A DNA stretch of 58,885 nucleotides from a virus (taxonomy: Duplodnaviria; Caudoviricetes), in the IMG/VR virus record IMGVR_UViG_3300034120_000898, positions 1-58,885 of that record; one strand, written 5' to 3'. Below, in pieces: positions 11,236 to 21,109 of this stretch. Below the pieces are notes generated by a model. It did no database searches. It worked only from the letters and a program-made list of their open reading frames with translations, and was not told the origin of the DNA. Each line of letters opens with the position of its first letter. Within the stretch, counting starts at the first letter, position 1. The position numbers were made by a program, and so were the translations under genes.

Positions 11236-14200
11236 TCTTTTTGTAACCCTGAGATTAATTAAAATATAATTTGCAGCACTATTTGTTTGTAAAACAAATT
11301 TTAATATGGAATTTCTGTTAATATTAACCCTCCAATGGTTTGGGTTCGCTATTCCATAATTAAATATTGGATTTGTATTATCTAAGTGAGGAATATTATT
11401 TCCTATTATGCTAGATGTTCTTGGATAATTATTATAAGTACCGCTCAATATATCTATTGAAGCAAAAGTTGGTTGATCTGAATATATTGTCCAACCTTGG
11501 ATAGTTATGTCATCATTAACATTATACAAACCATATGTTCTGCTTCTGATTGCATTGTATCCAAATACATAACTTATCTGATATGAAGATGCAACTTGTG
11601 AAGATGTTGTGTTTACATAATTATATAAATCTTCATAACTACCAGAATTATCTCTGTATCTAGTGTCAACTCCGAAAGAATCTCCAGAAACAGATATATA
11701 ACTAGATAGATATTGTGTTTTGTAATTATAATCAGATAGTTGATTGAATATAATAGGTAAAACTGATGGACTGTTTATTGTGTTATAAGAACCAGAATTA
11801 GCTCGTACATAACTCTTAATTATATCATATTTTGGATACGAAGATACGAATTCTGTAAATGTAGCAGAATTAGAAGTTAGATATGAGTAATTGCTTAAAT
11901 ACGTTCCTGATTTAGCTGTATATGTTGTAACAAACTGACTTGCATAAGGAGTTATATAACCAAAAGCCGATAAATCTCCTGAGATTGTTAACGTATTTGT
12001 AGTTCCTCTTATAGAGGAAATATTAACACCCAATGTTCCTGTTTGAGTATTAATATACAAAACCGAAGATGATGCAGTTCTGAAATGAGTAACACCAACA
12101 TACGGAGTTCTACTAGCTACAGATAATGCTGCTACTCTGTTACTACTATTGTTTACAACTAAACTAGTTAAATTTATTATATTAGAAGCAAATCTTAAAA
12201 GATGAGCAGCGGTTAAAGTTCCATTAATTAATGCATCTCCATAAACAATTAAATATTTTGCAGCTAAATTAATATCATAAGCTCCAGATACAGCATTCGC
12301 CGTTAAAGGAAATAATAATTCTACCGAAGACAACCAATTTCCAGAATTAGTAACAATTAAATTATATCCATCATTCAGTGCTCCAGAATTTGCATTAAAA
12401 TAACTATAAGAAGTTTTGTATGTATCATCTTCATTAAAATACCAACTACCTGTTATCGCAGATGCAGTATTGTAGGCTTCAGTCCAAATAGAAGAATTGG
12501 CGCAAAGCAAATTCACTATACTTGTATCTTCCCAGCTTGATTGTTGATTGTATACTGTGCTTGATACTGATAAAAATTTGTTATTTTTATTATTATAATA
12601 TACAGCACAAAGTGATTTCGCATCTGTTATGTTAGAGTCCCATATAGAACCAAAATCATCTACAAATATAACATCATATGCCTTGTCCCAACTTGGAGAC
12701 CATAAATTTATCCCTCTTACCAAATAATCAATATCCCATATTGTATTATATGTTGTAACTGTTTGATACAAACTATCATAATTCGTATTTGTGGTGGAAA
12801 CCGAGTAACTTATGCTTTGTAATAAGCTTGTATTTTGGTTTAAACCTAATCCACTAAGATATATAAAGTCAGTATAAGCACTCCAGATATCTGCTTCTTT
12901 TTTTGCTTCTATGACTACAGGTATAAAAACAGGATAATTAGCACATAAAGCACTTATGTAAGTGCTGTTGTTATTGTAACGAACAAAATTATTTGCCGTT
13001 GATTGCCAATTTGCGCTATTAGTTTCAAATGATGTATAATCAGGACGATAAAGCCATTTAGCAGATGCTGATGACACAGCAGTAGATGCATTACTGTAAT
13101 TAGATGAATTTATAAAATAATCTGATGATATAGCACCAATTTGATTATTAAATGCATTTAAATATTCTACTGTATTGTCACTGTTTAAATTATTTAAAGA
13201 ATCCCAATTAGAAGAACAAGAACTAAGTATGGTTTTTGCATCGTATACAATATCACCAAAACTTATGTCTTTGAGTTGTAACCAATATGCAGAAGTAGAA
13301 CTAACGGTAGAATTTAAAAAATCATATGTTGAAATTGATCGGTATAATGTATTCCATGAATCACCATTATTTCTAGTTATAAGATTTGCACTATTAATAT
13401 TGTCAACAAACTTAAAATCCACAGTCCATCCACCAGAATAAGTTCTTATAATATTAACCATATTCTCAAATTGTGGTATTTTTATGTACCCATCATTCAA
13501 AGAAGATGATATTGTTTGTGTTTGTAATATTAAAGAATTTATATACGGAGCACCCGTAACCATCTGAGAAAAACTCGATGAATTAGCTAATATAAAAGTA
13601 TAATTTTTATCATAGATTGGTTTACTATTATAGATAGAAACCCAATCTGCTGAAGCTGAACTTAAAATTGTTTGAGCTTCGTATATTTTAGTAATCCAAT
13701 CTAAATTTGATATATAATTAGAAGAATTATTTCTAATTATAGAATACATCGAATCAAACACAGATTGTTGCTGTGAAATAGTTTGCCAATCTGCTGAAGT
13801 CGAACTTAAAACTGTATTTGCTTGATATATTTTATCTGCAAAATCAAAACTAGAAATCCATTTTGATTTATAATCATCAACAGTTTCTGTCAAATTATCA
13901 AATGTTGATTTGGACTGGTAAATAGTTTCCCAATTTCCAGAATTAGCTAGTAACAAGCTGCTTAATCTAGATTTATAAGTAAACCAATCATTACTTAAAG
14001 TTTTAACCAAGTTATAGCTTGGATTTAAATAATTATTTGTTACATTATAATAACCAGTAGTAAGAATGTTTACTTGATTACTAATATAATCGTAATTATA
14101 AGGGAGATTTTGATATATATAATCGTAATTAGCACTAAATGTTCCAACTGTGCTACCCAATTCAATAGCACCCCAATAAGGAGCAACGTAGTGTACTATA

Positions 14201-16305
14201 TCATATACAGAATTCAGCACTATAAGTGTTCTTAATATTTCTGTTACAGCTTTTGAAGATCTTGTCCAATGATAACCACTAGTGGCAACTATTTCTGTGT
14301 TGGCATCATATATTTCGCTAGATAATGTTATTAAATCATTTATCAATAGTGCTGTACTAACATCATTGGCCCAAGCAGATGGAACAGTATACAAAACATT
14401 GTAAGTAGATATATTTTTATACATCAAATCCCACTTGCCAGAATTTGCCGAAAGTAAACTAATCATGTTTTCTTTTTTACTTTCCCATTGAATATAAGCA
14501 GGAATAATTATGTTATAAACAGAATTGTATACATCATTTTTGAAGTCACTTAAGAAATAATTAGTGGTTTCGTATATATTGTTCCAATAATCTATATTAT
14601 CAGACAATATAGATTTTGTGTATTCCCATTGAGCAGACCCTGCACTTACAAGAGTATTAATATCAGTATAGAAATAATTTGATGATGTCTGATTTAAATA
14701 TGTATAAAAATCGTCAAAAAATGGCTTATCTGTGATGTAATATTGTGTAGATAAAGCATTTATGATGTTGTAAGTATAATCCCAAAGTAAAGAATAGCTA
14801 CTATTTGATAGTTTGTATACCTCTTGCCATTTGGGTGCTTCTATTGATAGTAAAGCATTTAAATCAGAACTCTTCCATTTAGAAGAATTTGATTGTATAA
14901 GATTATACACTCCATCTAATAATGGAAAAAATGAACTTATATCATAATATTTTGTGCTTAGTTCATCCCATGTGTTGTACTTGGAATCTATAATATCTGC
15001 TGTGGAAGACCAATCTTGTCCACTTAAAGTTATTACGTTTTTGAGATCCTCGGATGTATATTCATCAGATACCCAATTCGGTGATAAACTAGAAACCAAA
15101 GAGACTTGTGTATCTAGTTCAGTTTTATCTTCTAATATAGAATCCCAGTTTGCGGAATTAGCTGATAAAGTGCATGCTATACTATAAATTCGGTCATTCC
15201 ATCCTGAAAAATTGCTCAAAATAGCATTCTTCATCTCGTTAAAACCAATACTATTGTAATAATAACTAGTACTTAAATTATCCGTTGTTATGTTTAAGAA
15301 CTGCCAATCTATACTTTTTGTTGTTACGGTATCTGTGTAAGTCATCCATTTAGCAGAATGACTACTGAGTATGGTGTTGGTTTCGGTGGAGTCCCAATTT
15401 GAAGAAAAACTACATACTGTATTATAATACGAATCAAATAAAGGAAATGCCTCTTCGGAAACAGAGCTTAACTGCTGTATTTTTGAGGTGTTGGTGTCCC
15501 ATCTAGACTCATTTGCTACAGTGTTATTATAAGATTCTACCCATGTTGCAGAATTAGCACAAACTAATGTGACTAAACTGGTGTCTGATATCCAATTTCC
15601 AGAATTTGATGTTAATGTATTATATAATAAAGAAAATTCATCTGTTCTGTCATACAAATCTATCAAAGATGAAGATATAGTTTCTGCTATAGTACTGTAA
15701 TTATGCCATCTTGTGATGTCTAAAGTATTTAAATTAGATGTATTAGCTGTTATGAAACTGTATAAAGTCTCGTAATTAACGCTTAATACGGTTACTAAAT
15801 TTAACTGTCCTTCAACTCTGTCTGCTCTTTGTTTTACTGTTCCGAATCTAGTTCTAACCAATTCATTCAAAACACTAAGGACTACCACCCCAGTAGTGTT
15901 ATACTGTTTATCACTTACAGTGTATAATATATTATCTATTCCGTTTTTACTGTATGAATCATAGTAAAGATTCTGACCATCGGTGTATGCGCTTCCGTAA
16001 TTGCCAGCTTTGACATCAATTATTGTTAATTCATCAAATGGATTTGTTAAATCAGTTACTAGGGATGATATGTTTAATTTTAAAGTGCTAGATACATTGG
16101 TAGATAATTCTACGATATTAGATATTGGTGGTCTGTTGTATGCATTTACAAATTTTGTATATATTATAGATCTGCTACCTTCTATTTGTTTATAAATAAA
16201 CGAATCATTCCCCGAAAATCCTACATTTGGGGTGTAAATAAATTCGGCATCATTCCAATAAACACTTCCATATAATGGTTGTTTAATAATTTCAATAAAA
16301 GCCAT
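11233..16305 (-). CDS. 1690-aa paralog of 6017..11224 with a more degenerate Trp-repeat stalk
   Basis: Same N-terminus 'PLYGSVYWND..FIYTPN.GF.G.D', same NSxxW repeats and same C-terminal domain ('...NYP....I.G...W...I....ILKF.L'). Confidence 0.75.
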   Translation of the reverse strand: MAFIEIIKQPLYGSVYWNDAEFIYTPNVGFSGNDSFIYKQIEGSRSIIYTKFVNAYNRPPISNIVELSTNVSSTLKLNISSLVTDLTNPFDELTIIDVKAGNYGSAYTDGQNLYYDSYSKNGIDNILYTVSDKQYNTTGVVVLSVLNELVRTRFGTVKQRADRVEGQLNLVTVLSVNYETLYSFITANTSNLNTLDITRWHNYSTIAETISSSLIDLYDRTDEFSLLYNTLTSNSGNWISDTSLVTLVCANSATWVESYNNTVANESRWDTNTSKIQQLSSVSEEAFPLFDSYYNTVCSFSSNWDSTETNTILSSHSAKWMTYTDTVTTKSIDWQFLNITTDNLSTSYYYNSIGFNEMKNAILSNFSGWNDRIYSIACTLSANSANWDSILEDKTELDTQVSLVSSLSPNWVSDEYTSEDLKNVITLSGQDWSSTADIIDSKYNTWDELSTKYYDISSFFPLLDGVYNLIQSNSSKWKSSDLNALLSIEAPKWQEVYKLSNSSYSLLWDYTYNIINALSTQYYITDKPFFDDFYTYLNQTSSNYFYTDINTLVSAGSAQWEYTKSILSDNIDYWNNIYETTNYFLSDFKNDVYNSVYNIIIPAYIQWESKKENMISLLSANSGKWDLMYKNISTYNVLYTVPSAWANDVSTALLINDLITLSSEIYDANTEIVATSGYHWTRSSKAVTEILRTLIVLNSVYDIVHYVAPYWGAIELGSTVGTFSANYDYIYQNLPYNYDYISNQVNILTTGYYNVTNNYLNPSYNLVKTLSNDWFTYKSRLSSLLLANSGNWETIYQSKSTFDNLTETVDDYKSKWISSFDFADKIYQANTVLSSTSADWQTISQQQSVFDSMYSIIRNNSSNYISNLDWITKIYEAQTILSSASADWVSIYNSKPIYDKNYTFILANSSSFSQMVTGAPYINSLILQTQTISSSLNDGYIKIPQFENMVNIIRTYSGGWTVDFKFVDNINSANLITRNNGDSWNTLYRSISTYDFLNSTVSSTSAYWLQLKDISFGDIVYDAKTILSSCSSNWDSLNNLNSDNTVEYLNAFNNQIGAISSDYFINSSNYSNASTAVSSASAKWLYRPDYTSFETNSANWQSTANNFVRYNNNSTYISALCANYPVFIPVVIEAKKEADIWSAYTDFIYLSGLGLNQNTSLLQSISYSVSTTNTNYDSLYQTVTTYNTIWDIDYLVRGINLWSPSWDKAYDVIFVDDFGSIWDSNITDAKSLCAVYYNNKNNKFLSVSSTVYNQQSSWEDTSIVNLLCANSSIWTEAYNTASAITGSWYFNEDDTYKTSYSYFNANSGALNDGYNLIVTNSGNWLSSVELLFPLTANAVSGAYDINLAAKYLIVYGDALINGTLTAAHLLRFASNIINLTSLVVNNSSNRVAALSVASRTPYVGVTHFRTASSSVLYINTQTGTLGVNISSIRGTTNTLTISGDLSAFGYITPYASQFVTTYTAKSGTYLSNYSYLTSNSATFTEFVSSYPKYDIIKSYVRANSGSYNTINSPSVLPIIFNQLSDYNYKTQYLSSYISVSGDSFGVDTRYRDNSGSYEDLYNYVNTTSSQVASSYQISYVFGYNAIRSRTYGLYNVNDDITIQGWTIYSDQPTFASIDILSGTYNNYPRTSSIIGNNIPHLDNTNPIFNYGIANPNHWRVNINRNSILKFVLQTNSAANYILINLRVTKR

Positions 16306-16310
16306 ATTAC

Positions 16311-16352
16311 TATTTAGATTTAAATCAATCCATCATCAATTAAATCTAAATA
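16311..16352. promoter_or_regulatory. 13-bp perfect inverted repeat with an outward-facing TAAATA in each arm
   Basis: TATTTAGATTTAA (16311-16323) and TTAAATCTAAATA (16340-16352). The left arm gives TAAATA-N5-ATG(16305). Confidence 0.65.
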
Positions 16353-16379
16353 ATACCTTCAAAAATACCATATTATCTG

Positions 16380-16385
16380 TAAATA
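16380..16385 (+). promoter_or_regulatory. late promoter core TAAATA
   Basis: TAAATA-N5-GTG(16391). Confidence 0.7.
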
Positions 16386-16390
16386 CCTGT

Positions 16391-17854
16391 GTGCAGATTT
16401 TACTAGATAACAATAAAATTTCTAATTATTCGTTAATACCAGAAGGAATGAATACTTTTGGCTATGAAAGTTTGAATGAAGTTTTCTTTGATGTATACGA
16501 AATAAAAAGTAATGGCTTGGATTTAGTAAAAGAAAAAAAGGGCGATTTTGATGGCAATCCTATCATAGAATTTGATATTCGTGTTGACAACGAAATCTAC
16601 AAGAATGTTCGATTTGTTCTTACAAAAGAAAACAAAATTTGTATTAATCCAAATTTGCTAGACCACACAAAAGTCGTAGCATACGAAAAGAAGGCAGAAA
16701 AACTTAAAGAAACACCAAAACTGCCAGTAATAAAAGAAAACGAAGAAGTTTTCGTAAAACAAAAAAACAAGGTAATTCAAGAAGATCCTGTAATTAAAGA
16801 AGAGAGCTTGATAGAGAAAACAAAAAAAGAATTTTTCGAATCTATCAGAGGAGAAGTATTGGAAGAACTAAAAAGAGAAATAAAAGCGGGTATTATTTCT
16901 GATTTAATCAAAGAAAACGTACAGATAAATTTTGATTCAGTAGTTTCTGACAACGGAAATAAAAATAAATTACAAAAGATTCTAGAAAATTACAATAATT
17001 CTTTCAGAAAAGATTACATAGAATTAGCGGAAAAGGTTTCTAGGAGAGAAGCAATGCGCTATACAGAAGGTGGTGGAGGAACCAATGCCGTACAGTTCGC
17101 AAACGGAGGAAGAATGGACGGTGATTTGTTTGTTACTGGGAACTTCCAATCAAATTCGATGGCAGTTGGTGCGTTGAATGTTGATTCACTAATAGTGAAT
17201 AAATTAAGCGCAAATACTCAGTTTGTGTTTAATGATTTAACTGTTGCCCAAGGATTCACTGCTAATAACATTTATTCCAACTATATCGAAACACTTTCAT
17301 CCAAAGTTAAAGATGTTTTATATGTAGATAATAATGCATATGTATCTGGATTGTTGAGCGCAAATAGAATAACAGTAGATACCACATTAAATGTAGATAC
17401 TCTTACGGCTAATTATGGAGTTATAAATCATGATTTAACTGTTTATGGAGATTTGTGTGCAAATAGAGGATATATAAACACAAATTTAACTGTGGCAGGA
17501 GCAGTTAGCTCTGGTAGTGGTCACGTTTTAGGTGATGTTTTAATCACAGGAAATTTAAAAGTTTTAAACTCAATTGATGGAGGTTCAATAATTGGAAGTA
17601 CTATTGTAGGAAGTAATTCATTAGAAAAAGCTGTCAAGAATATAACAGGAGCTAGTTTCGTAAATGGAGATTGTACTGTGGTACACAATTTAAGTACATA
17701 TGATCTATTACTTACTTTGTATAGTGTGAATCCAGACGGGAAAAATGAAGTTGTTCATGCATCCATGATCAACAATTCTCTCAGTACAACTCTGATAAGT
17801 TTTGCGGAACAACCAGATCCTTCAGAAAATTATAGATTGATAATAATTAAATAA
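16391..17854 (+). CDS. virion/fibre-associated protein: charged N-terminal half, GGGG linker, beta-repeat region, C-terminal 'HNL' domain
   Basis: 'EGGGGTNAVQFANGG.MDGDL.VTG'. C-terminal 'VVHNLSTYDLLL...ISFAEQP...YRLIII' resembles the end of 17885..18559. Confidence 0.6.
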   Translation: MQILLDNNKISNYSLIPEGMNTFGYESLNEVFFDVYEIKSNGLDLVKEKKGDFDGNPIIEFDIRVDNEIYKNVRFVLTKENKICINPNLLDHTKVVAYEKKAEKLKETPKLPVIKENEEVFVKQKNKVIQEDPVIKEESLIEKTKKEFFESIRGEVLEELKREIKAGIISDLIKENVQINFDSVVSDNGNKNKLQKILENYNNSFRKDYIELAEKVSRREAMRYTEGGGGTNAVQFANGGRMDGDLFVTGNFQSNSMAVGALNVDSLIVNKLSANTQFVFNDLTVAQGFTANNIYSNYIETLSSKVKDVLYVDNNAYVSGLLSANRITVDTTLNVDTLTANYGVINHDLTVYGDLCANRGYINTNLTVAGAVSSGSGHVLGDVLITGNLKVLNSIDGGSIIGSTIVGSNSLEKAVKNITGASFVNGDCTVVHNLSTYDLLLTLYSVNPDGKNEVVHASMINNSLSTTLISFAEQPDPSENYRLIIIK

Positions 17855-17873
17855 AAAAATAGCGTTTTTAAAC

Positions 17874-17879
17874 TAAATA
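17874..17879 (+). promoter_or_regulatory. late promoter core TAAATA
   Basis: TAAATA-N5-ATG(17885). Confidence 0.7.
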
Positions 17880-17884
17880 TTAAT

Positions 17885-18559
17885 ATGGCTAACATCAGAG
17901 TATTAAATAACATTTCTTTATATAATTCCATTACCGCGACTTCTGGAATTCAAGCAAATACATTAACAATCAAGAATAATGCAACTGCTGATAAAATCGC
18001 TATTGGCGGTGCTGCTTTTAATGGATATAGTTTAGCTGTTTCTGGAGATGCTTATATATCTGGAAGTTTAAATGTAGCTGGATCTGCTATATTTCACAAC
18101 ACAACTTACACAACAACCAGTGCATTAAGTATTACTAATACTGGAACTGGTCCTGCATTAGCAATTTCTCAAACAGGAGACGAAGCAGTTGCTGTGTTTT
18201 ATGATGATACAAACGTAGCACTATACATAGATGGACACACTGCTAGAGCTGGTAATGTAGGTGTTAGCACAGCTACTCCAAACGAAAAATTAACTGTTGT
18301 TGGAAATATTTCTGCAACTGGTAGTGTATTTGGATTAGGAATGTTGTCTAAGTTTGTTTCTGCATTTGGAAATGGATCTAGCACAAGCTTTGCTATTAAT
18401 CACAACTTGGGTGTTCGTGATGTTGTGGTTAGTGTAGTGGATAATATCACCCAAGAAGTAGTATATCCTTCAGTAACTTATACTGCTATGAACCAAATAA
18501 CTTTAGAATTCTCTGATGCTCCTGCTTTAACAGCATACAAAGCAATCGTTATTGGATAA
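17885..18559 (+). CDS. short tail-fibre-like protein
   Basis: 'GNVGVSTATPNEKLTVVGNISATG' fibre motif; C-terminal 'INHNLGVRDVVVSV' domain. Confidence 0.65.
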   Translation: MANIRVLNNISLYNSITATSGIQANTLTIKNNATADKIAIGGAAFNGYSLAVSGDAYISGSLNVAGSAIFHNTTYTTTSALSITNTGTGPALAISQTGDEAVAVFYDDTNVALYIDGHTARAGNVGVSTATPNEKLTVVGNISATGSVFGLGMLSKFVSAFGNGSSTSFAINHNLGVRDVVVSVVDNITQEVVYPSVTYTAMNQITLEFSDAPALTAYKAIVIG

Positions 18560-18580
18560 TTTAACAAATTTAATAGATTT

Positions 18581-18618
18581 AAATCCCCTATTTGGTAAAC
18601 CAGATAGGGGATTTTTTT
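18581..18618 (+). terminator. rho-independent terminator
   Basis: AAATCCCCTATTTGG-taaa-CCAGATAGGGGATTT followed by a T-run, downstream of the stop at 18559. Confidence 0.85.
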
Positions 18619-18629
18619 ATATCTTAAAG

Positions 18630-18635
18630 TAAATA
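18630..18635 (+). promoter_or_regulatory. late promoter core TAAATA
   Basis: TAAATA-N5-ATG(18641), immediately after a terminator. Confidence 0.75.
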
Positions 18636-18640
18636 TTGGT

Positions 18641-20002
18641 ATGCCTCGCTTTTTAGCACCTATTAGAGTAAAAGAAGAAATAGTCACAGGAAATGAAACC
18701 ATTTCTGGTAACGAAACCATATTGGGGGTTACTTCTGGTAAAGACTCTTATTGGGATACAGTTAATGTAATTGAAGGAATAAGTGCAGATTATGGTTTTT
18801 TTGTTAATAATGTAAGCGCAAATACATTTTATGGTGATGGTAGTAAATTAACTGGTATAACCACTGGAAGTTATTTGTCTGCTTCTGGTGGGACTTTGAT
18901 CGGAGGTTTAACAGGAACTACTGGTGTATTTACAATTAGTTTATCATCACCATCTATAAGTGGTGTATTTTATGGAGATGGTAGTAATTTAACAGGTATT
19001 GCAGCAGGAACTTCTATATTAAGTACTGGATACCTAAGTTCATATAATTTTTTTGGTGATGGTAGTACAGTATTATTTGATTTAAGTTCAAAAACGCAAC
19101 AAACAAACGCCGCTGGTTATCTAGTCGTTCTTAATGGAGCAACACAAATTCCTAATAAAGATTATATTATAGTATACTCAAGTCAAACTAATAAACTAAG
19201 TACATTATTCATACCTCCGTTAGGTTGTGAATTAGCAGTAACATATTTAGGTAGCCATATACCATCTATAACTATTATAGAATCTGAAGTATCTACTTTA
19301 AGCTCGAATTGGCAGAATACTTATACTACAGTATCGAGCAATAGTGCTAAATGGAACAATTGGAGTTCAGTTAGTGGTGGGTATGTTTTAACTAGTTCTT
19401 TGACTTCAGTTACTGGTAACTGGCAAAATACTTATACTACAGTATCGAACAATAGTGCTAAATGGAACAATTGGAGTTCAGTTAGTGGTGGGTATGTTAA
19501 TACATCATACCTATCCACGAATAATATAAGATTAAGCGGAGCTACTATTACTGGAAATGTAAGTGCTACTGGAATTATATCGCAAGCTCCAAATCATTGT
19601 GTATTAGTACTTTCAGCATCACAGAATATTCCAGCGGGCATCGCTACTAATTTAAATTTTATTAGACATGATGATCCAAACTTTTGGTATGTCAACAGAT
19701 CTATAAGACCTACTATAGCTGGGTATTATAATGTTGGTTTAACAGTAATGTGGAGTCCCGATTATAATGATATTAAACAAATGCAGATTCTTAAAAATGG
19801 TGCAATTATAACAGTATCGAACCTCCCACAATTTCCAAATAATGTTGGTGGTTCAGCATATAGGACGTTATCTATGCAAGTTATAGCGTATTTGAATGGA
19901 ATTTCAGATGAAATATCCGTTGCTGGATATACTGTGACTGCTGATTTTATTGTAGGTGCTTCGTCTTGGTATACAAGATTAGAATTATTTAAAATTAGTT
20001 AA
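18641..20002 (+). CDS. tail-fibre-like protein with FYGDGS.LTGI repeats, Trp-repeat segment and a probable C1q/TNF-like beta-sandwich tip
   Basis: FYGDGSKLTGI, FYGDGSNLTGI and FFGDGS; 'PTIAGYYNV...QILKNG....YLNGISDEISV' C1q-like pattern. Confidence 0.6.
   Translation: MPRFLAPIRVKEEIVTGNETISGNETILGVTSGKDSYWDTVNVIEGISADYGFFVNNVSANTFYGDGSKLTGITTGSYLSASGGTLIGGLTGTTGVFTISLSSPSISGVFYGDGSNLTGIAAGTSILSTGYLSSYNFFGDGSTVLFDLSSKTQQTNAAGYLVVLNGATQIPNKDYIIVYSSQTNKLSTLFIPPLGCELAVTYLGSHIPSITIIESEVSTLSSNWQNTYTTVSSNSAKWNNWSSVSGGYVLTSSLTSVTGNWQNTYTTVSNNSAKWNNWSSVSGGYVNTSYLSTNNIRLSGATITGNVSATGIISQAPNHCVLVLSASQNIPAGIATNLNFIRHDDPNFWYVNRSIRPTIAGYYNVGLTVMWSPDYNDIKQMQILKNGAIITVSNLPQFPNNVGGSAYRTLSMQVIAYLNGISDEISVAGYTVTADFIVGASSWYTRLELFKIS
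19310..19498 (+). repeat. 78-bp direct repeat x2 (111-bp period)
   Basis: 19310-19387 and 19421-19498 differ at 2 positions and encode WQNTYTTVS(S/N)NSAKWNNWSSVSGGYV. Confidence 0.9.
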
Positions 20003-20005
20003 ATA
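20000..20005 (+). promoter_or_regulatory. late promoter core TAAATA overlapping the upstream stop
   Basis: TAAATA-N5-ATG(20011). Confidence 0.7.
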
Positions 20006-20010
20006 ACATT

Positions 20011-21093
20011 ATGCCTACTTTAATTAACAGTTATTCACTATCATCCGTAATTGGGATAGGAACATACACTCCAAATGAAAATCTAACCGTAGTAGGTAAT
20101 ATTTCTGCTTCTGGAAAAGTTTATGGGTCTACCGCTGTTGTTGGTGCTAGTAGCAATCAATTAGCAAATACAGCATTTGTTTATGATAGCTTAAATACTG
20201 GATTAGCTTCTGGATCGGCTGTCGCATCCAAAGTAATTGCATTAGTAACTAATGCAGATAGCGTGCAATTAACTAGAGGTACGGTAGTATATGCTTATGG
20301 AGCACAAGGTGATCGAGTATCAGTAAGAATGGCTTCTGCTTCTGGAGACCCAACATCTGCTAAAACTTTTGGTTTTGTAAATGAAACTATCCCTGTAAAT
20401 GGAACTGGGTATGTTACATTGTATGGTACAATGGACAAACTTGATTTTCCGTCTCCATATGTTGATGGAGATCCGTTATATTTAGGTGTTACACCAGGAA
20501 CCTACACAAGAGTCAAACCACAAGCACCCATTCATACAGTTTCTCTTGGTATTGTAGAGAGAGCAAATAATGGTAATGGAATTGCTTATATAAAAATACA
20601 AAACGGCTACGAAATAGACGAGCTTCATGATGTACAAATAATAAATCCGTTATCAGCACAAATTTTACAACGAAATGACGATAATAATTTATGGATCAAT
20701 AAAACTCCATTATTTAACGATTCTCAAATAGTTAATTCTGGAAGATGGAATAATACCACTACTACAGTAAGCTCGAATTCTGGTAAATGGGAATCTGTTT
20801 ATACTACAGTAAATTCTAATAGCTCTACATATGTCACATTATCTGCAACACAAAAATTAACAAACAAGACAGTAATCGATTGGATGACTCTAGTTAGAGG
20901 TTATAACACTACTCCTACATTACTTGCAACCATAGGAACTGGTGATGTGTACACCTATGTATACAATTCGTCGCCATCAAATGTAACCTATTATCGTTAC
21001 ATAGCAACTGATGGATCAGTAGATGCATTTTACACATATTACTCTGGTAGCACACTATCTGGTTTAGTAGCTAGTAAATCAATTACAATCTAA
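20011..21093 (+). CDS. virion structural/fibre-associated protein
   Basis: 'IGIGTYTPNENLTVVGNISASG', 'GYEIDELHDVQI' and a short NSxxW repeat. Confidence 0.6.
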   Translation: MPTLINSYSLSSVIGIGTYTPNENLTVVGNISASGKVYGSTAVVGASSNQLANTAFVYDSLNTGLASGSAVASKVIALVTNADSVQLTRGTVVYAYGAQGDRVSVRMASASGDPTSAKTFGFVNETIPVNGTGYVTLYGTMDKLDFPSPYVDGDPLYLGVTPGTYTRVKPQAPIHTVSLGIVERANNGNGIAYIKIQNGYEIDELHDVQIINPLSAQILQRNDDNNLWINKTPLFNDSQIVNSGRWNNTTTTVSSNSGKWESVYTTVNSNSSTYVTLSATQKLTNKTVIDWMTLVRGYNTTPTLLATIGTGDVYTYVYNSSPSNVTYYRYIATDGSVDAFYTYYSGSTLSGLVASKSITI

Positions 21094-21109
21094 TAAATAA
21101 AGATATTAT

